Positions 21,843 to 41,307 of a DNA stretch of 47,538 bases are shown piece by piece (position 1 is the first letter of the stretch; the number at the start of each line of letters is the position of its first letter). Source of the stretch: Perkinsus olseni (Eukaryota). The stretch covers positions 1 through 47,538 of the forward strand of contig JABANN010000247.1 in the NCBI GenBank assembly GCA_013115125.1, given 5' to 3'. A program made the translations under genes and the position numbers. Under the pieces are notes generated by a model. That model was not told where the DNA came from, searched no databases, and saw only the letters and a list, made by a program, of their open reading frames with translations.

Positions 21843-22322
21843 GTCGAAGCGTGCTCTGTCCAGATTTGTCAGCTGGTTCGGTAGGTCCGATGGCTGCAAC
21901 GAAGGGTTCGACTATCCGGCGAAGCATTCAGAAAAGTCATTAGTTGACCGCCACTTGTTGGGGGTAATCCACCTAGTCGAGAGGCCCCACACTACGTACC
22001 AGCACTGTTTCCAGCTGTCTCCGGGTTGGTTGTGTAAATTATTGAATCGTTCCGGAGGAGGATTCCCCCATACTTGTGCAGCGGAAGGAGCCCGATATGA
22101 ACTGGATGGAAGTTACATCCAATTTCTATCGGGCCCCGTCGTGGGTCGCTTTTGTGCTCTGCTGAGTCTAGGCAGTATTCGCAGGTTGTTCAGGGATAAT
22201 TTTTTTGCTTCCGGCCAGGTGTGATCATCCGATCAGTAGTTCTGCTTCCGGCTGTAGTCCAGCCGACCACAGGTCACATTGACCGTTGTGGTCACCGACG
22301 GATAGTCCGCTTTTTGCCAACC

Positions 22323-22700
22323 ATGTCGTGTGACAGTGTTGCCCGGGCCACCTGCCTCGCGGCGGGGGTGATTGCACTGCAGGGAGAATTTCGTGACCAT
22401 ATTTCTGGTGTGGGTGGCTTGACTGATTTCTCAGCCAAGAGGCCAAGAGGGACAGGCTGTCCCTCTTGGCTGAGGAATCTGTCCCGGACTGCTTGGTCGC
22501 AGATTCGAGATCTTTGTGCGCGCGTGCTTCAAGGAACAACGGACTTGCATGCCCAGGAGTATCCAACCCAAACACTTCGCTATGGTAGCGGCACTAGACA
22601 CGTCCAGCCCGTCTCATCCTTTGGATGGCGACGAGCTCACCCACATGTCCATCCCTGGTGTTGTTGAGTCAACCAGTGCGGGTGTTACTACTAACACGAA
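22323..22700 (+). pseudogene. Fragment resembling the N-terminus of the PDX2/SNO/PdxT glutaminase subunit of PLP synthase
   Basis: GVIALQGEFRDHI matches the family motif GVLALQGxFxEH, and downstream ELTHMSIPGVVESTSAG matches IIPGGEST. I found no downstream GTCAG catalytic motif, and the frames do not join cleanly. Confidence 0.5.
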
Positions 22701-23027
22701 GGCGGAGACCGGGCATCATACTAGCGCCAGCAGTGCAACTGGTGTCCCACTGCTGCGCCTTTGTGTCGAATGTCCCCACACGGCCGGCTTCACGCACGGA
22801 CGGTATGTGACTTCGTCCAAAACTCTAGAAGATCGGCTCCGGATAATGGTCGCGAAACGGTTGGCAATCCATCATGTGTTCTGGCACATCGAGATTGTTA
22901 GTAACACTAACTTAGTATGTGTTTACCATTGCGGAGGATACTGCATCCCTTCGAGCAGTCCCCAGGTCACTCAGGGATCGAGACCGTGACATGATGCTCC
23001 ATCGCAGGTGAGAACTAAGCTGAAGGC

Positions 23028-23047
23028 GTCCCGTGGTGACGTGGCAC
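23028..23047 (+). promoter_or_regulatory. Conserved upstream element of the secreted triplet family (also at 23749-23768 and 25855-25874)
   Basis: gtcccg(t/c)ggtgacgtg(g/a)cac lies ~100-145 nt upstream of each paralog's ATG and contains a TGACGTG core. Confidence 0.55.
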
Positions 23048-23189
23048 CCAAGACCAGCCTAATTTGTGTCCATACATCTTCGTTGATCGAACGCTTATGT
23101 GCGGGGGATCTTGAGATGTCCGATCTGATCGCATCTTTCCTATGAGAGTCCCGTCTGTGTTAGCCATTCCGGGGACTTGTCTTTTCTGA

Positions 23190-23585
23190 ATGATGAACTT
23201 CCTCCCGACTTGGGTGGTGGTCATTCAGGTTGCGATTATCGCAGAGGCTCAGCACTTTGCCATATTCGTCCACACGACGTCGTACTACAGCATCACTTAC
23301 GAGGTGAATAAAAACTATGAGGTCACGTTCGGCGTCCGTGTCACTGTTGAGCCCACCCAGTGGTTTCCTGATGTCAAGTCTAGCGCTTTCCATTACGGTC
23401 CATACCCTTTGAAGAGGCTCACGGAAAGTTCCTTCACCGTAGATTTTGAGGGACATAAACACAGTCTTCGTGATTGGTATATTTCTCTGGAGAAAGCTTC
23501 TCTGGACAGATCGGCCGCAATGATGTATCACAGTAGGCAATCATTGAAAAGGCGGTTCACTACAGTTCTGGCGCATCGAGATTGA
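23190..23585 (+). pseudogene. Truncated copy 1 of the tandem secreted-protein family
   Basis: Closely matches 23903-24709 up to ...RDWYISLEKA (~23497), then runs into unrelated sequence and stops. The second domain is missing. Confidence 0.75.
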
Positions 23586-23902
23586 GTCAGCGATCGAGAC
23601 CATGGCGTGATGCTCCAACGTTGGTGACAGCTGAAAGCGCTGAGGGTTGTAGATAGGGGGAGTTCAAACTCCGAGTTTGCCCAAACCTTATTAACCAGCT
23701 CAAGGACCAAACTGTATACGGATACCAAGTACTAGGACGGTCGGAAGCGTCCCGTGGTGACGTGACACGCAAGACACCCAGGTTAGTATGTGTTCCTACT
23801 TTTTCGTTGATCGAACGCTCATGGGCGGGGATGTCGGACCTAATCGTATCTTCTCAATGAGAGGCGCATCTATATAGCTATCCCGGGACCTGTCTCTTGA
23901 AA

Positions 23903-24709
23903 ATGATGAACTTCCTCCCGAGTTGGTTGATGGTCGTTCAAGTTGCGATTATCGCAGAGGCTCAGCACTTTGGCATGTTCGTCCACAAGTCGGCCTACTA
24001 CAGTATTACTTATGAGGTGAATAAGAACTATGAGGTTACATTCGGCGTCAATGTTACTGTTGAACCCCCCGAGTGGTTACCTGATGCCAAATCGAGTTCT
24101 TTCCAGTACGGTGCATATCCTCTCAAGAGGCTCTCGTCCAACGCGTTCACCGTAGACTTCGAGGGGCATAAACACAGCCTTCGCGATTGGTATATGTCCA
24201 TGGAGAAAGCTATGGTGGCCGGTGGTGTGACTGTGTCCGATGATGAATACCCTCCTATTGGTATGACTGATGGCGACTTGACTGTTCTACAGTACGAAGG
24301 TCCTGACACTCTTACCGTAAACTTCCAAGACGACGCAATTTCGTTCAGTCGGGTGTCCCGTAGTTTAGCGGCGGGCACATTTGTCTACAAGGATTGCATG
24401 AAACCGAGTCTTAGGCTCAGATATAAGGTTTCCAGTGACAGCTCGGTCCATATCAAAGCTGCCTGCGATGAGAAACGTATCAGCCCAACTACCTTTAAGC
24501 TAGTCCGTCGCGACGGTAGTGCTAACTACCAGCACTATGACGTTGAGCCGGCTGGAGAAGGAACCTTAGATGAGTTCCGTCAGCAGATGAGGACTACCAT
24601 TAGATTGAGATATGTTTCTGCCAATGATTTTTCCCGTGTCACCTTCGCAGCTGATGGCGTCATCTTGGTGAGGCTCGGAGATGTCGCCGTGGCTTTAATG
24701 ACGAAATGA
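23903..24709 (+). CDS. Secreted two-domain protein, lineage-specific family, copy 2
   Basis: Intronless ORF with a signal peptide (MMNFLPSWLMVVQVAIIAEA). It is paralogous to 25977-26783 over its full length. Confidence 0.85.
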   Translation: MMNFLPSWLMVVQVAIIAEAQHFGMFVHKSAYYSITYEVNKNYEVTFGVNVTVEPPEWLPDAKSSSFQYGAYPLKRLSSNAFTVDFEGHKHSLRDWYMSMEKAMVAGGVTVSDDEYPPIGMTDGDLTVLQYEGPDTLTVNFQDDAISFSRVSRSLAAGTFVYKDCMKPSLRLRYKVSSDSSVHIKAACDEKRISPTTFKLVRRDGSANYQHYDVEPAGEGTLDEFRQQMRTTIRLRYVSANDFSRVTFAADGVILVRLGDVAVALMTK

Positions 24710-24904
24710 GCAATCTATGAGTGTTGAGGGAGAATCGACGAACTAGCAACCGGAATCGTCCTCCATAACCTCCTGTATTATGTCCTATTCTGTTATCGTC
24801 CGCTTTGGTGACATGAACATTAGAGATCGTATCGGTCTCGTGTTGGAGACGCCGTCTCCCGGTCCCCGTAATTTCCCTAATATGTAATTTCCTAGGCGTA
24901 TTAT

Positions 24905-25049
24905 CTGCAGCTGTATGGCCTATCCACCAATAGATTATTGTTACGGCTAATACCTTATGATCACAACAGATATCAACCTGCAGCTGTATGGCTTATCCAC
25001 CAATTGATTATTGTTACGGCTAATACCTTATGATCACAACAGATATCAA
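24905..25049. repeat. 73-bp tandem duplication (2 near-identical copies)
   Basis: ctgcagctgtatggc(c/t)tatccaccaat(a/t)gattattgttacggctaataccttatgatcacaacagatatcaa starts at 24905 and 24978. Confidence 0.95.
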
Positions 25050-25976
25050 TTTGCTCGCCTAATACGAGAGCTGAGAAATTTTATTGTTTATCCCACCCGC
25101 TGAATCGTGTAGATCCTTTTCCTTATCCGTCCATGCATTGCTCGGAATTCTATCCTCTAACTTTATCTCGAGAGTACACTCTACGTCACGGCCATTGCGT
25201 TTCCCAGCAATTTGCAAGTTAATTCCCGCGGTGCGCATGTTGGAATTCGGCGGGATCCTACAGTGTTTGGTTCCTATCACTTCGCAGCAGTCGAGGGAAG
25301 GCAGCATCAGAGGTGATGGCTGTTTGAACCATCTCCCCGATAAACTATGAAAGTTGTCATCTCGTGTAGATTGTCATCTCCGTCTGTGTTTTCAGAGATT
25401 TGCGGGGCTACTCGCAAGTCACGTCATAGTTGTACGACGCCAATCAGGCCGCCATAAGGGGAGTCCGCATGGTCTGACAGAAGCATGGGTTATGGAATGA
25501 CCCTTCGGATTTGATGGATTAGGGTCAGCGTTTATTGCCCTATTACTACACTACCTATCAATCTCATCTCGTCAATAGTCTAATGGTTAATTACTCAAGC
25601 CAAACAGGAGACAATTCCAGGATGTATGGCACACGCGCCTGCGTCAGGACCACACGCTCACTGATCCGTTCGTTGATAACGCGACTTGAAGTCACTTCCG
25701 TTCGAACTCGGAAATTTCGAGGTCTCGCCGGCAATCTGAAAATCGCGCAACCACAGGGCAAGATTACCTTTGTAATTTTTTACTCAAACCTACATATCAA
25801 TGGTGACTACGGACTGATGATCATCACAGCAGGCGGAGGCTCCACGAGCAGCGTGTCCCGCGGTGACGTGACACCGGGGCGATGCACTGTTCATGCGTTC
25901 ATCGTATCTTGGTTCATGCCGCGCTTCTGTTTAAGCCTTATCCTCGTTAGCTTTCCACGAGACTCGCCTCTCCTGA

Positions 25977-26783
25977 ATGACGAACTTCCTCCCGAGTTGG
26001 TTGATGGCCGTTCAGGTTGCGATTATCGCAGAGGCTCAGCACTTTGGCATATTCGTCCACAAGACGGCGGACTACAGTATCACTTACGAGGTGAATAAGA
26101 ACTATGAAGTTACATTCGGCGTCAATGTCACTGCTGAACCCAGCGAGTGGTTTCCTGATGCACAGCCTAGTTCTTTCCGTCTTGGTCCATACCCTTTGAA
26201 GAGGCTCTCGTCCAATGCCTTCACCGTAGACTTCGAGGGGCATAAACTCAGTCTGCGTGATTGGTACATGCTCATGCAATCGTCTATGGTGGCTGGCGGT
26301 GTGACAGAGGTTGATGATGAATACCCTCCGATGGGTATCAAACTTGGCGACTTGTCTATCATCCACTACGAAGATCTCGACACTATCTCCGCAACTTTCC
26401 GAGGCGAAGAGGTCATTTTCAAGAGGGTTACACGCAGTTGGAAGCCCGGAAGATTCGTCTACAGAGAGTGCATGAATCCGCGGCTTTGGTTGAGTTACGA
26501 CATAGACACCGATGGTTTTGTGAGCATAAGGGCAAAGTGTGAAGAACGTCGTACTCGTCGCGTTCGCTTTCACCTTGTACCTCGGACTGGTGACTCGTAC
26601 GAGTACTATGATGTGGTTCCATCTGGTGATGGTACCACCTTGGCCGAGTTCCATCAGAGTGTGAGATCTGTCTGTCGAACCAAATATGTGACGCATATTG
26701 ATTTTTCTTATGTGACTTTTGCAGGCGATGATGTCCTCTTTGTCATGCTTGGAGGAGAGCACGTGGCTCTCACTGAGGTCTAA
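25977..26783 (+). CDS. Secreted two-domain protein, same family, copy 3
   Basis: Intronless 268-aa ORF with a signal peptide and the shared motif FVHK..YSITYEVNKNYEVTFGVNVT. Confidence 0.85.
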   Translation: MTNFLPSWLMAVQVAIIAEAQHFGIFVHKTADYSITYEVNKNYEVTFGVNVTAEPSEWFPDAQPSSFRLGPYPLKRLSSNAFTVDFEGHKLSLRDWYMLMQSSMVAGGVTEVDDEYPPMGIKLGDLSIIHYEDLDTISATFRGEEVIFKRVTRSWKPGRFVYRECMNPRLWLSYDIDTDGFVSIRAKCEERRTRRVRFHLVPRTGDSYEYYDVVPSGDGTTLAEFHQSVRSVCRTKYVTHIDFSYVTFAGDDVLFVMLGGEHVALTEV

Positions 26784-27509
26784 GCTTCTCCCAGTGCTCC
26801 TGTGTCTTTGAAGACACCGCTGAGGGGGGCCCTATACGGCACTTCCATCCTATTGCCGTTTTTTGGCGTCTACATTGCCAGATGGAAGGAGAACAGCATC
26901 ATCGTCATTTATGGCCGATGTTCACTCGAAGCTTCGTAGTTGCTTCCGGATACTGGAGAAGACTAACCGAAAATCCGTTATTGTTACTTATTGGTGCTAC
27001 CCTTGTCATTCTAAGGACACCGAGGTCCTCTCGGGTGGCCGAGGTAGGATTACTTCAGGATTCACCCCATTTAAAGATTTATGTAGATCACTTCCCAATA
27101 TACTTGAGCTTCGCTTTGCGCTGTGACTTGAGCCCGCCTGGTGCAGCATCCCTCGGCCTTTGCGTTTGGTAGCTTTCGCGTCACTCTTGGCGACTCAGAA
27201 GTGTATCACGCGTGATTGTCGAGTGGAGGTTTGTCTCCTCTTGATGAGCACATTCCGCGGATCCTATCTTGCTCCGAAGGGAGGCTACGCTGAATGGTTG
27301 TTGGCAAGAAAAGACAGCAGATCGAAGACTGGATTCTGAACGGCAAAACTCGGGTGTTGTGTTCTCAATACGTCGTCGCTCTCAAACACTCTGGCAACCT
27401 TCGAGGGAGGGCCGCATCGCTGGTGATGACCCTAGCGTGTCCGGTGTATCCAGCAGCTCGTGATTGGTATTGTGCGCTGCTGTTTTCTGAACTACTCTTG
27501 AGTTTCCTC

Positions 27510-30271
27510 ATGGTTGGTGGTAAGGATGGTAGACGACGGTCAGGCCGAGACGAGAAGGCCCCACTTGTTTCGGCAGAGGCGGCGGGTAAGGCGGGTGAAG
27601 GGTCGATGTCGTGTTCATCATTCTTTCGGTTGGTGATAGGGTCGGTGGACCAGCGCGTTTCTATCGTACCAATACTATTCATAGCAATAGTACATCCTCG
27701 CCATCGCTACGTTCACCCCTCTCGGTAGCCTAAGTCCTACGAACGAGAGCGTCGCATATTTAAGTTGAGAGGCCAACTTCTATCCTTATTATCTCGTACC
27801 ACCCTAGTACACGCCTTCTCCTACGCGGATCTCAGAACTTCGAGCGTCGACTTCACCGTTGTGTTGTCACTGTTTGTCTACCTCTCGTCGAAGTCATTAG
27901 TGCTGTGCAGCATGTCAGTCGCTTCTTCGAAATTTCCACCGCCTTCCAATCGTCTGCTCGTGGCATCAACGCTGTCGGTGTCCAGTAAAACAATCTTGCT
28001 GGGCTTTCCTCGAGGGCGTGACCTTGAGTGATGACCAGCTGAATTCAATGGCGAAATCTGCATCAACCGTTCTTCAGAGCCTCAGCGTGGCAGAGCTCCC
28101 GAAAGACCACCCGAGGGCCCTCACGCGTCGAGGAGACGACTCAGCCAATTCAGTCCGAAAATCGGGTAACGTCACGGCGACTGAAACCGCTGCGTTCCAT
28201 CTCAATCGGCAACGTGAAGAGGGGTTCAGGTACGAGGCCGATGGCTTAGCGGCGATTCACGACTCGAGTCATCAAACTGGTGATTGTGAGAGTAGCCCTT
28301 GGCGGGATTTTCCTGGAGCTGTTCATGGATCCATCATTAGGCTCAGCATTGTCATCTGCCCAAGTGGGTGGAGTCTCGAGGTACGCAGCATTCAGTCAGA
28401 CGGGAAGGGTTCCTGTGAATCCCCGGAAGGTGAACCAAGATTCCTTCTGGACCATTGAGGTAGCCTCGGCTGCTGGTAGGCCTGCTTTAGGGTTGCCCCT
28501 GTGACGTCAGGACCGAGCTCAGAAGTACTCGTTCTTCGGGGTGGCCGACGGTCATGGTGTAGTTGGCCATAAAGTCAGCGGATTGATAAGTCGTCAGCTC
28601 CCGCAGTCCCTCTTGAGAGAGCTGGCCCGCTCGGAGTACGTCCCGGGTTGGATCCTCGGCTGCGACGTTCCGGATTGAGTGCAAGACCCTGCTACCCACG
28701 AACGTCTGATATATGTTATACCTCAGTGCGAGCACCAGGAAGGCACTGGACAGAGCGTTCAAGAAGACCAACCAGGCTGTGTTGAGCGCTGATATGGTGA
28801 GAACTGCCGCTTTGGCTCTGTTCATAGGGGTTTGATCGCCCAACTCCGAGGGGTTTAAGCAACTACATGCGGATAGCAACTACAGCAGGAATCTGATCTT
28901 GCTTTTCCGGTGATGAATTTCATCATGAAAACGAACTTAATTCCGCAAGGCTGGGTTGCGTCGAACGTAATTATATATATATATATATATAAATTCAGTG
29001 GTGATAGCTGTACCGCATAACAATCCACGTAGGCTCTGCTACTCAATCTTAGTTTTCTTATGTTAGGACGTTACACTGAGTGGGAGCTCCTGCGTCTCAG
29101 TGCTCATCAAGGACTCGAAAATGTGACGCGGGTCTCATGGCTCTGCTCGGTTCCTCCTGCCACTTCCTAGAGCTGCAGAATCGGCAGATACTGTGCCAAC
29201 ACTGGGGACTCGAGGGCAGTCCTCGGGCGACGGTCCAATGGTGGTCAGTGGACTGCTCTCCCGCTGTCGAACGATCACAAGCCTGATAGCCCTGGTGATC
29301 TGCATTCCTCGGAGCGTTGAGTGAGGTCATTCGCGTAGATGAGCTGAAACGGATCACAAAGATGGGCGGTCGCGTCGAACCATTCCGTACAGGAATTTTC
29401 AGTATACCGATGGGGCCGAGCCGAGTGTGGTTGAAAAAACAGGTCGGCCGAGTGAAACATAGCACGTGGACAGTCTGGGCCGGACTTGTGGTGGTGTTCA
29501 GGACTTGCCGGGCCTCGCGATGTCAAGAGCTTTTGGAGACACGATTGCAGCAAGCATCGGGGTGACTGCAGAGCCTGAGATATCTAAGCATACTATATCG
29601 AATGAGGATAAATTGGTTGTAGGCGAATTGCTATAACGACCGCATATCTTGTTTGTGATATACTCCCGGCGGGGGTCGAACCCACGACCTACGGCTCATA
29701 AGACCGTCGCTCTAACCACTGAGCTACAGGAGCTGTGGTCATGTCGGTGTTTCGGACGCCCCATGGCCGGTTCCGTGCTGGTAGCACGGTGCCACTCTGA
29801 GACGCCACTCAAGTGTACTTCGAGATGCGGTAACGACTTCCCTGTCCGCAGGTTCTAGCCTCGGATGGCGTTTGGGATTTCATGCCGAATGAGGAGGTCA
29901 TCCAGATGGTGGCTAAGTACGATCCTTCATCCATCACCCCACGTTTGGCCGCAACCCGTCGTGGCCGCGACGGACGCTTCGGGAAGTTATCATTTTCAGG
30001 ATGAGTTGGATCTTGGTGTGCGCAAAATTTTCCCGAAACTTGCCGTTTGTGCAATTGGATATTTCTTCGACTCTGCTACTCGGAGAAGCAGGTACTACAA
30101 CCAAGAGAATTGCCGGAAGGCCGCCAGAGCCGTGGTGAAGGAGGCATCAGAACGATGGCAAAGCAATGTGAGGTCAGATAGGAGTAGGGCGGTGTAACGT
30201 ATCTTGGTCAGGAAGAAGTCGTCGATGACATTACTTGCGTTGTGGTGTTTCTTGGTGATAAGCAACGTTGA
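27510..30271 (+). CDS. Protein phosphatase 2C (PPM family), multi-exon; start is 27510 or 27912
   Basis: All canonical PP2C motifs occur in order across exons: SQTGRVPVNPRKVNQDSF; FFGVADGHG; SGSSCVSVLI; YCANTGDSRAVL; LSNDHKP; GPSRVW; GLAMSRAFGD; VTAEPEI; VLASDGVWDFM; VDDITCVVVFL. Stop TGA at 30269-30271. Confidence 0.93.
28972..28990. repeat. (TA)n microsatellite in a PP2C intron
   Basis: Uninterrupted TA run visible directly. Confidence 0.9.
29661..29733 (-). tRNA. tRNA-Ile (anticodon TAT), intronless, nested antisense in a PP2C intron
   Basis: The reverse complement GCTCCTG TA GCTC AGTGGTTA GAGC G ACGGT CTTATGA GCCGT AGGTC GTGGG TTCGACC CCCGC CGGGAGT A folds into a full 73-nt cloverleaf with A and B boxes. 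Confidence 0.93.
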
Positions 30272-30299
30272 CGTTTAGCATGCCAATGAAGTTATTGAG

Positions 30300-33200
30300 T
30301 GTCGCCCTGCTTAGCTCCTCGGCTTTGGTTCGAGGGTTGGAGGGTTGCCTTCTCGTTCGAGCGGTAATCATCGCGTTATACGTACGTGCCTTGAGGCGAG
30401 GGGCTCGTCGATAGTACTGTGGCAGCTCTCCGGCAGACTGATTATCATCACTGATGACGTCAACAACGAGGCGCATGTCGGCGCGGCTGAGAAATTCTCG
30501 GGTGAGTTTGGTAACTGCATCACGTCTGCCCTATCGCTCCTTGCTCAGACGTCCTCGCAAGCATCATCTCCGGTCAATCTCTCCCCGCGTGTTGACGACT
30601 CGGCCGTTGGTCCTAATGGGACGCCGAAGGGCTTCGCCGCCGAGAAGAGGGTAGGGCGCTCCTCGAGCGTTGGATCTTCGCATCGGGCCCAGGTGGAAAG
30701 TTAGGAAAGGCTAGCACGTCTCCGCTGCGCCAGAAGGACGTGGTAGGTTTGTGTAGGTAGCATCTCCCGCTCCCGATGTATGCGGCCCTCGGCGGAAGTC
30801 TCAAAGACTCGCCTCGAGGAGTCAACCCGAAAATGATGTAAGAAATAGTGAACGACGCATCCCCCCGCCGGGAGTGACTATCATCATCCTACGTTCCTCT
30901 CGGCGACGCATTGCCGCTGCACCACATCGGCCTGAGGCCGGCGGCCTCTTCCTTCCTAGGCCTGACGCCTTCGTGTGCGTCAACGGTCTTGACTCAGATT
31001 AAAGCTAGCACTGCCACAGGCGACGCTCCATCTCACTTCCACTCAGCCTTATGGCGTCACTTATGGCGTTTTTGTTGCTCTGATGTCAGGTGTTGGTAGA
31101 GGATCATGGAAGCGAAGAGGGTAGCGGTAAAAGTGAAAGCAGCAGTTCCTCAGGAAGCGACACCTATGAAGACTCTGGTGGGACTGCTGGATTCACTTTA
31201 CTGAGCGCATGAGAAATCATCTGACTCCAGCACGCTCCACTCTTCAGCACTCAACTCTTCTTGCCAATGGATTGTTTGCATGGTAACTGCTTCTGTTTAT
31301 GACAACTGTTGGTCATTGCCCGACTGTTGGATTCTTGTGTAACTCATACTCGAGCACTCCATTCTGCTTTACTTCATCCGACGAAGTGCGTCCAGTGTAG
31401 TTGTTGATGTCATGGCGTGTCAGGTCATGAACAGCCGGATGAGAGGGCTCAGAGATTAGAACGTCGACGGGCGGGCATTCCAGCGAGTGCAGCAGAGGTG
31501 AAGGTTGAGGAGCAAGATGCTCAGCGATACCCAAAGAGAGAGCGAATTGAGATTAGCAGGTGAGAACGTAATCCTGTGTGAGTCATCCATGAGACTGAGA
31601 TACACGTCCGAGACGCGTAATTTCAAGGCGCGTAACGGCGAAGTTGTCCCTCTGAGCAGGTTCGAACCCGAGCCCGTTTATCCGCGTCACATGCGCAAGA
31701 CTACAGCACACCATCGGGGAGGCGACACTCGTCGTAAGAATCACGGTTGCGGCTCCTGGAGTTACTACAGCCACAAGGCTGCATTTTTCTCATACTGTTG
31801 TTGGACGACTGTTGTCCATTGTGCCGTCGCTTCTGCACTTTATTATTACTCCAGCATCTTCCAGCCATGCTTCCTACCGCCAAAAGACGCCCCAAGAGCT
31901 TCTCTAGTAATGCGTAGTGCCCAAATCGCCGGAGCCTATCCAATCCCGCCAATGGCGGAATCCGAAGCGCGCATCGCATTAACTACAGTGATCTTCGTCG
32001 GATGAGTATGTAGCTGATGAGAACCTGGACATCGGGCTAACCATAATGAAATATCCGCTGATCGTGGTGGCTGAGAAATGGTGATGGCAACTTGGCTGCT
32101 TTCGCTACACCCTATTCATTTCTCCAATGCAGGACGTCCTTATCATGCGGACCGTATTGTGCCAGACTCTGGCAGCCAGCGGCGGCAGAAGCATTGCCAC
32201 AATAGCTCGGCGGGCTATCATCAAGGTTATCGGAGATGGGTTGGACTACAGAGCCGTTGCCAAATTCCACGGTATCAACACAGACACGGCCTACTGAATC
32301 TACGAGAGGATTCGTTCTAGAGGAAGTGAGCTAGGAGTCCTGGGGACAAGATGATCACAAAACCTGGAAGGTAGCTGGTGGATTGTCTGGCCGCCAGAAA
32401 GCCAGCTCGACCTCACAGCAAGTGGCAGGATGCATCGTGCCCTACATTGAACCATCAGCACAAACAGAGCTGTTCGGGCGCAGGAAAGCTGGCTTATCAC
32501 CACGGTTTTGGAAAACTCATTCGCGTTAGCTTACGATGACGATAACGACGAACAGAAGCGACGTGAGCTCGCCGAAGTGACTCCAGCGGAACGTCAAGTA
32601 GCAGGCTCTTCTGAATCCGAAGTTCTCATGATTCATGCCGGAGAGATAGAACCCATTGTTGTCGTTTGGGTGTCAATAAATGTGCTGGAGATGGAGGTTT
32701 GGGGCTCTCAATGGTTGGGACGTATGAGCTTCATTCACTACTGCAGTGACTCAGTTCTCCTGATCAAACGTCGTGATCCCACGGGAATCGGAAACACGAC
32801 CGGAGCAACGCTGCAGTTCGTTTGTCAGGCGCACAGTACAGATCGAGGCGTCAATCGCGGAGGCGAAGGGATAGTAGCGGTCATCACAGTAGGCGGAGGC
32901 GACATAGATACTATGCTGATGATGACAGTGGAGATGATGTCTATTACAGCTCGGATTCTAGTGAGGAGTAAGAACGGATTGGATGCAGTGGCGGGCTAGT
33001 GGAGCTCTGATGTTGAGCTCAGCAGCGGGGGGTGAAGAAATGATAATGGTTGATTGAAAATTTGAGCTCGAAATGGAACGGCCGTGAACGGGCGCGCGCT
33101 GCAGCAATAAATCGAGGAACGGGTCATCACCTTGTGACTTGACCATCGCTCGGACCAGGTTCGAAGCACTGTTCATCCGTTTCGTTAGGACTAGAGATTA

Positions 33201-33378
33201 TAATTAGCCTCCCGTGGGTGATAGAGTGAAAGATCGGAATGCTAACCTTCTCGACAGCGGGGCATGGTTCGAGCGCCGACCTCAGATACGGTGACGGTAA
33301 GCGACATCGGAAGCGGCCAGATGGGACGAGGAGTAGGATCGAGACTAGCTTTCTACTGAAGCGACCGGAGCAGCTCAT
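30300..33378 (-). CDS. Possible multi-exon hypothetical gene; structure unresolved
   Basis: Several AG/GT-bounded open segments on the minus strand (SALEPCPAVEK; LTKRMNSASNLVRAMVKSQ; DSVGRVCVDTVEFGNGS; LMRCALRIPPLAGLDRLRRFGHYALLEKLLGRLLA). No recognisable domain. Confidence 0.35.
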
Positions 33379-33860
33379 AGCCGGTAAGGGTGCCACTCGG
33401 GTGAGATCACTGATACTATAGGACAGTATAACAGTGCAGTGAGTCCAGTGGAGTCACAACCGCGATACTGCTGAGTTGCACATTCCTCATATGGTATTGC
33501 GAGTTCGCGAGCAAGTGGTATGAAAAAAGCCCTGCTTGCGTTTCACTTGGTCAAGTTGCAAACGTTCTCTCATGCTCTATCGGCGCGCCACGGTGGGTGA
33601 CCGTGGTATGGCGTTCTTGATGATGTGCATTTCGCGAGGTGTTTCGCGTTGATGTCAACTTGCAATTTCTCCCTCTGCCACTAAACATAGTAATGCTGTC
33701 CGCGGGCGAAACTCTATTGTGGTTCCCAAGATATCCTACAAAACCGTGAAGGGTAGGATTCAATCAGTGGACTTCCAGATGAGCACGCGTAGTCTGCCGC
33801 GTAGCAGTTGAGCTATTGGCTTCCTGTACGATCGGTTGGATCTGTTTTCCGCCCTCAGAC

Positions 33861-40862
<7,002 letters not shown>

Positions 40863-41307
40863 ATGCTAGTCACTGTTTCCCACACTCGCAAGGCGCGGTA
40901 TTGTGTTGACGAGTCCGCGGAGCATTAACGAGTGTGAAGCACTCGGTAGGGTTCAACGAAGGCCGTAGCTATAGTAGTAGCCGCGAGTCTTAAAGCACCT
41001 AACCCCGGCCACCGATCAGCATGGCGTGCTCTTTCGTCGTTGACACGTATGGAATTCCGTCCGTGCAACTTGCTGCTATTCCCCCTGCTGATCGATGGCT
41101 CGATGACACTGAGCTCTCATCTTCGACACAGTTGGAATGGAATATTGTCGGGGCGGTGAGCCAGGGTCTTTCGACCTCATTCGATTGCCCGAGGAATCTT
41201 ATCGGCATCAATTTGAGTATCTCACGGAGGGCTATACGTCACTCGAGTCAGCTTCGCACTGCGCAGGTCTCGTTGTCTTGTGAGGTAGGTAGCATTCTCC
41301 TCATCGT

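Noticed and set aside
28487-28879. Minus-strand 130-aa ORF with a faint aspartyl-protease-like stretch
   Set aside because: It is antisense to clear PP2C exons (DGHG motif) and has no DTG motif, so it is a shadow ORF.
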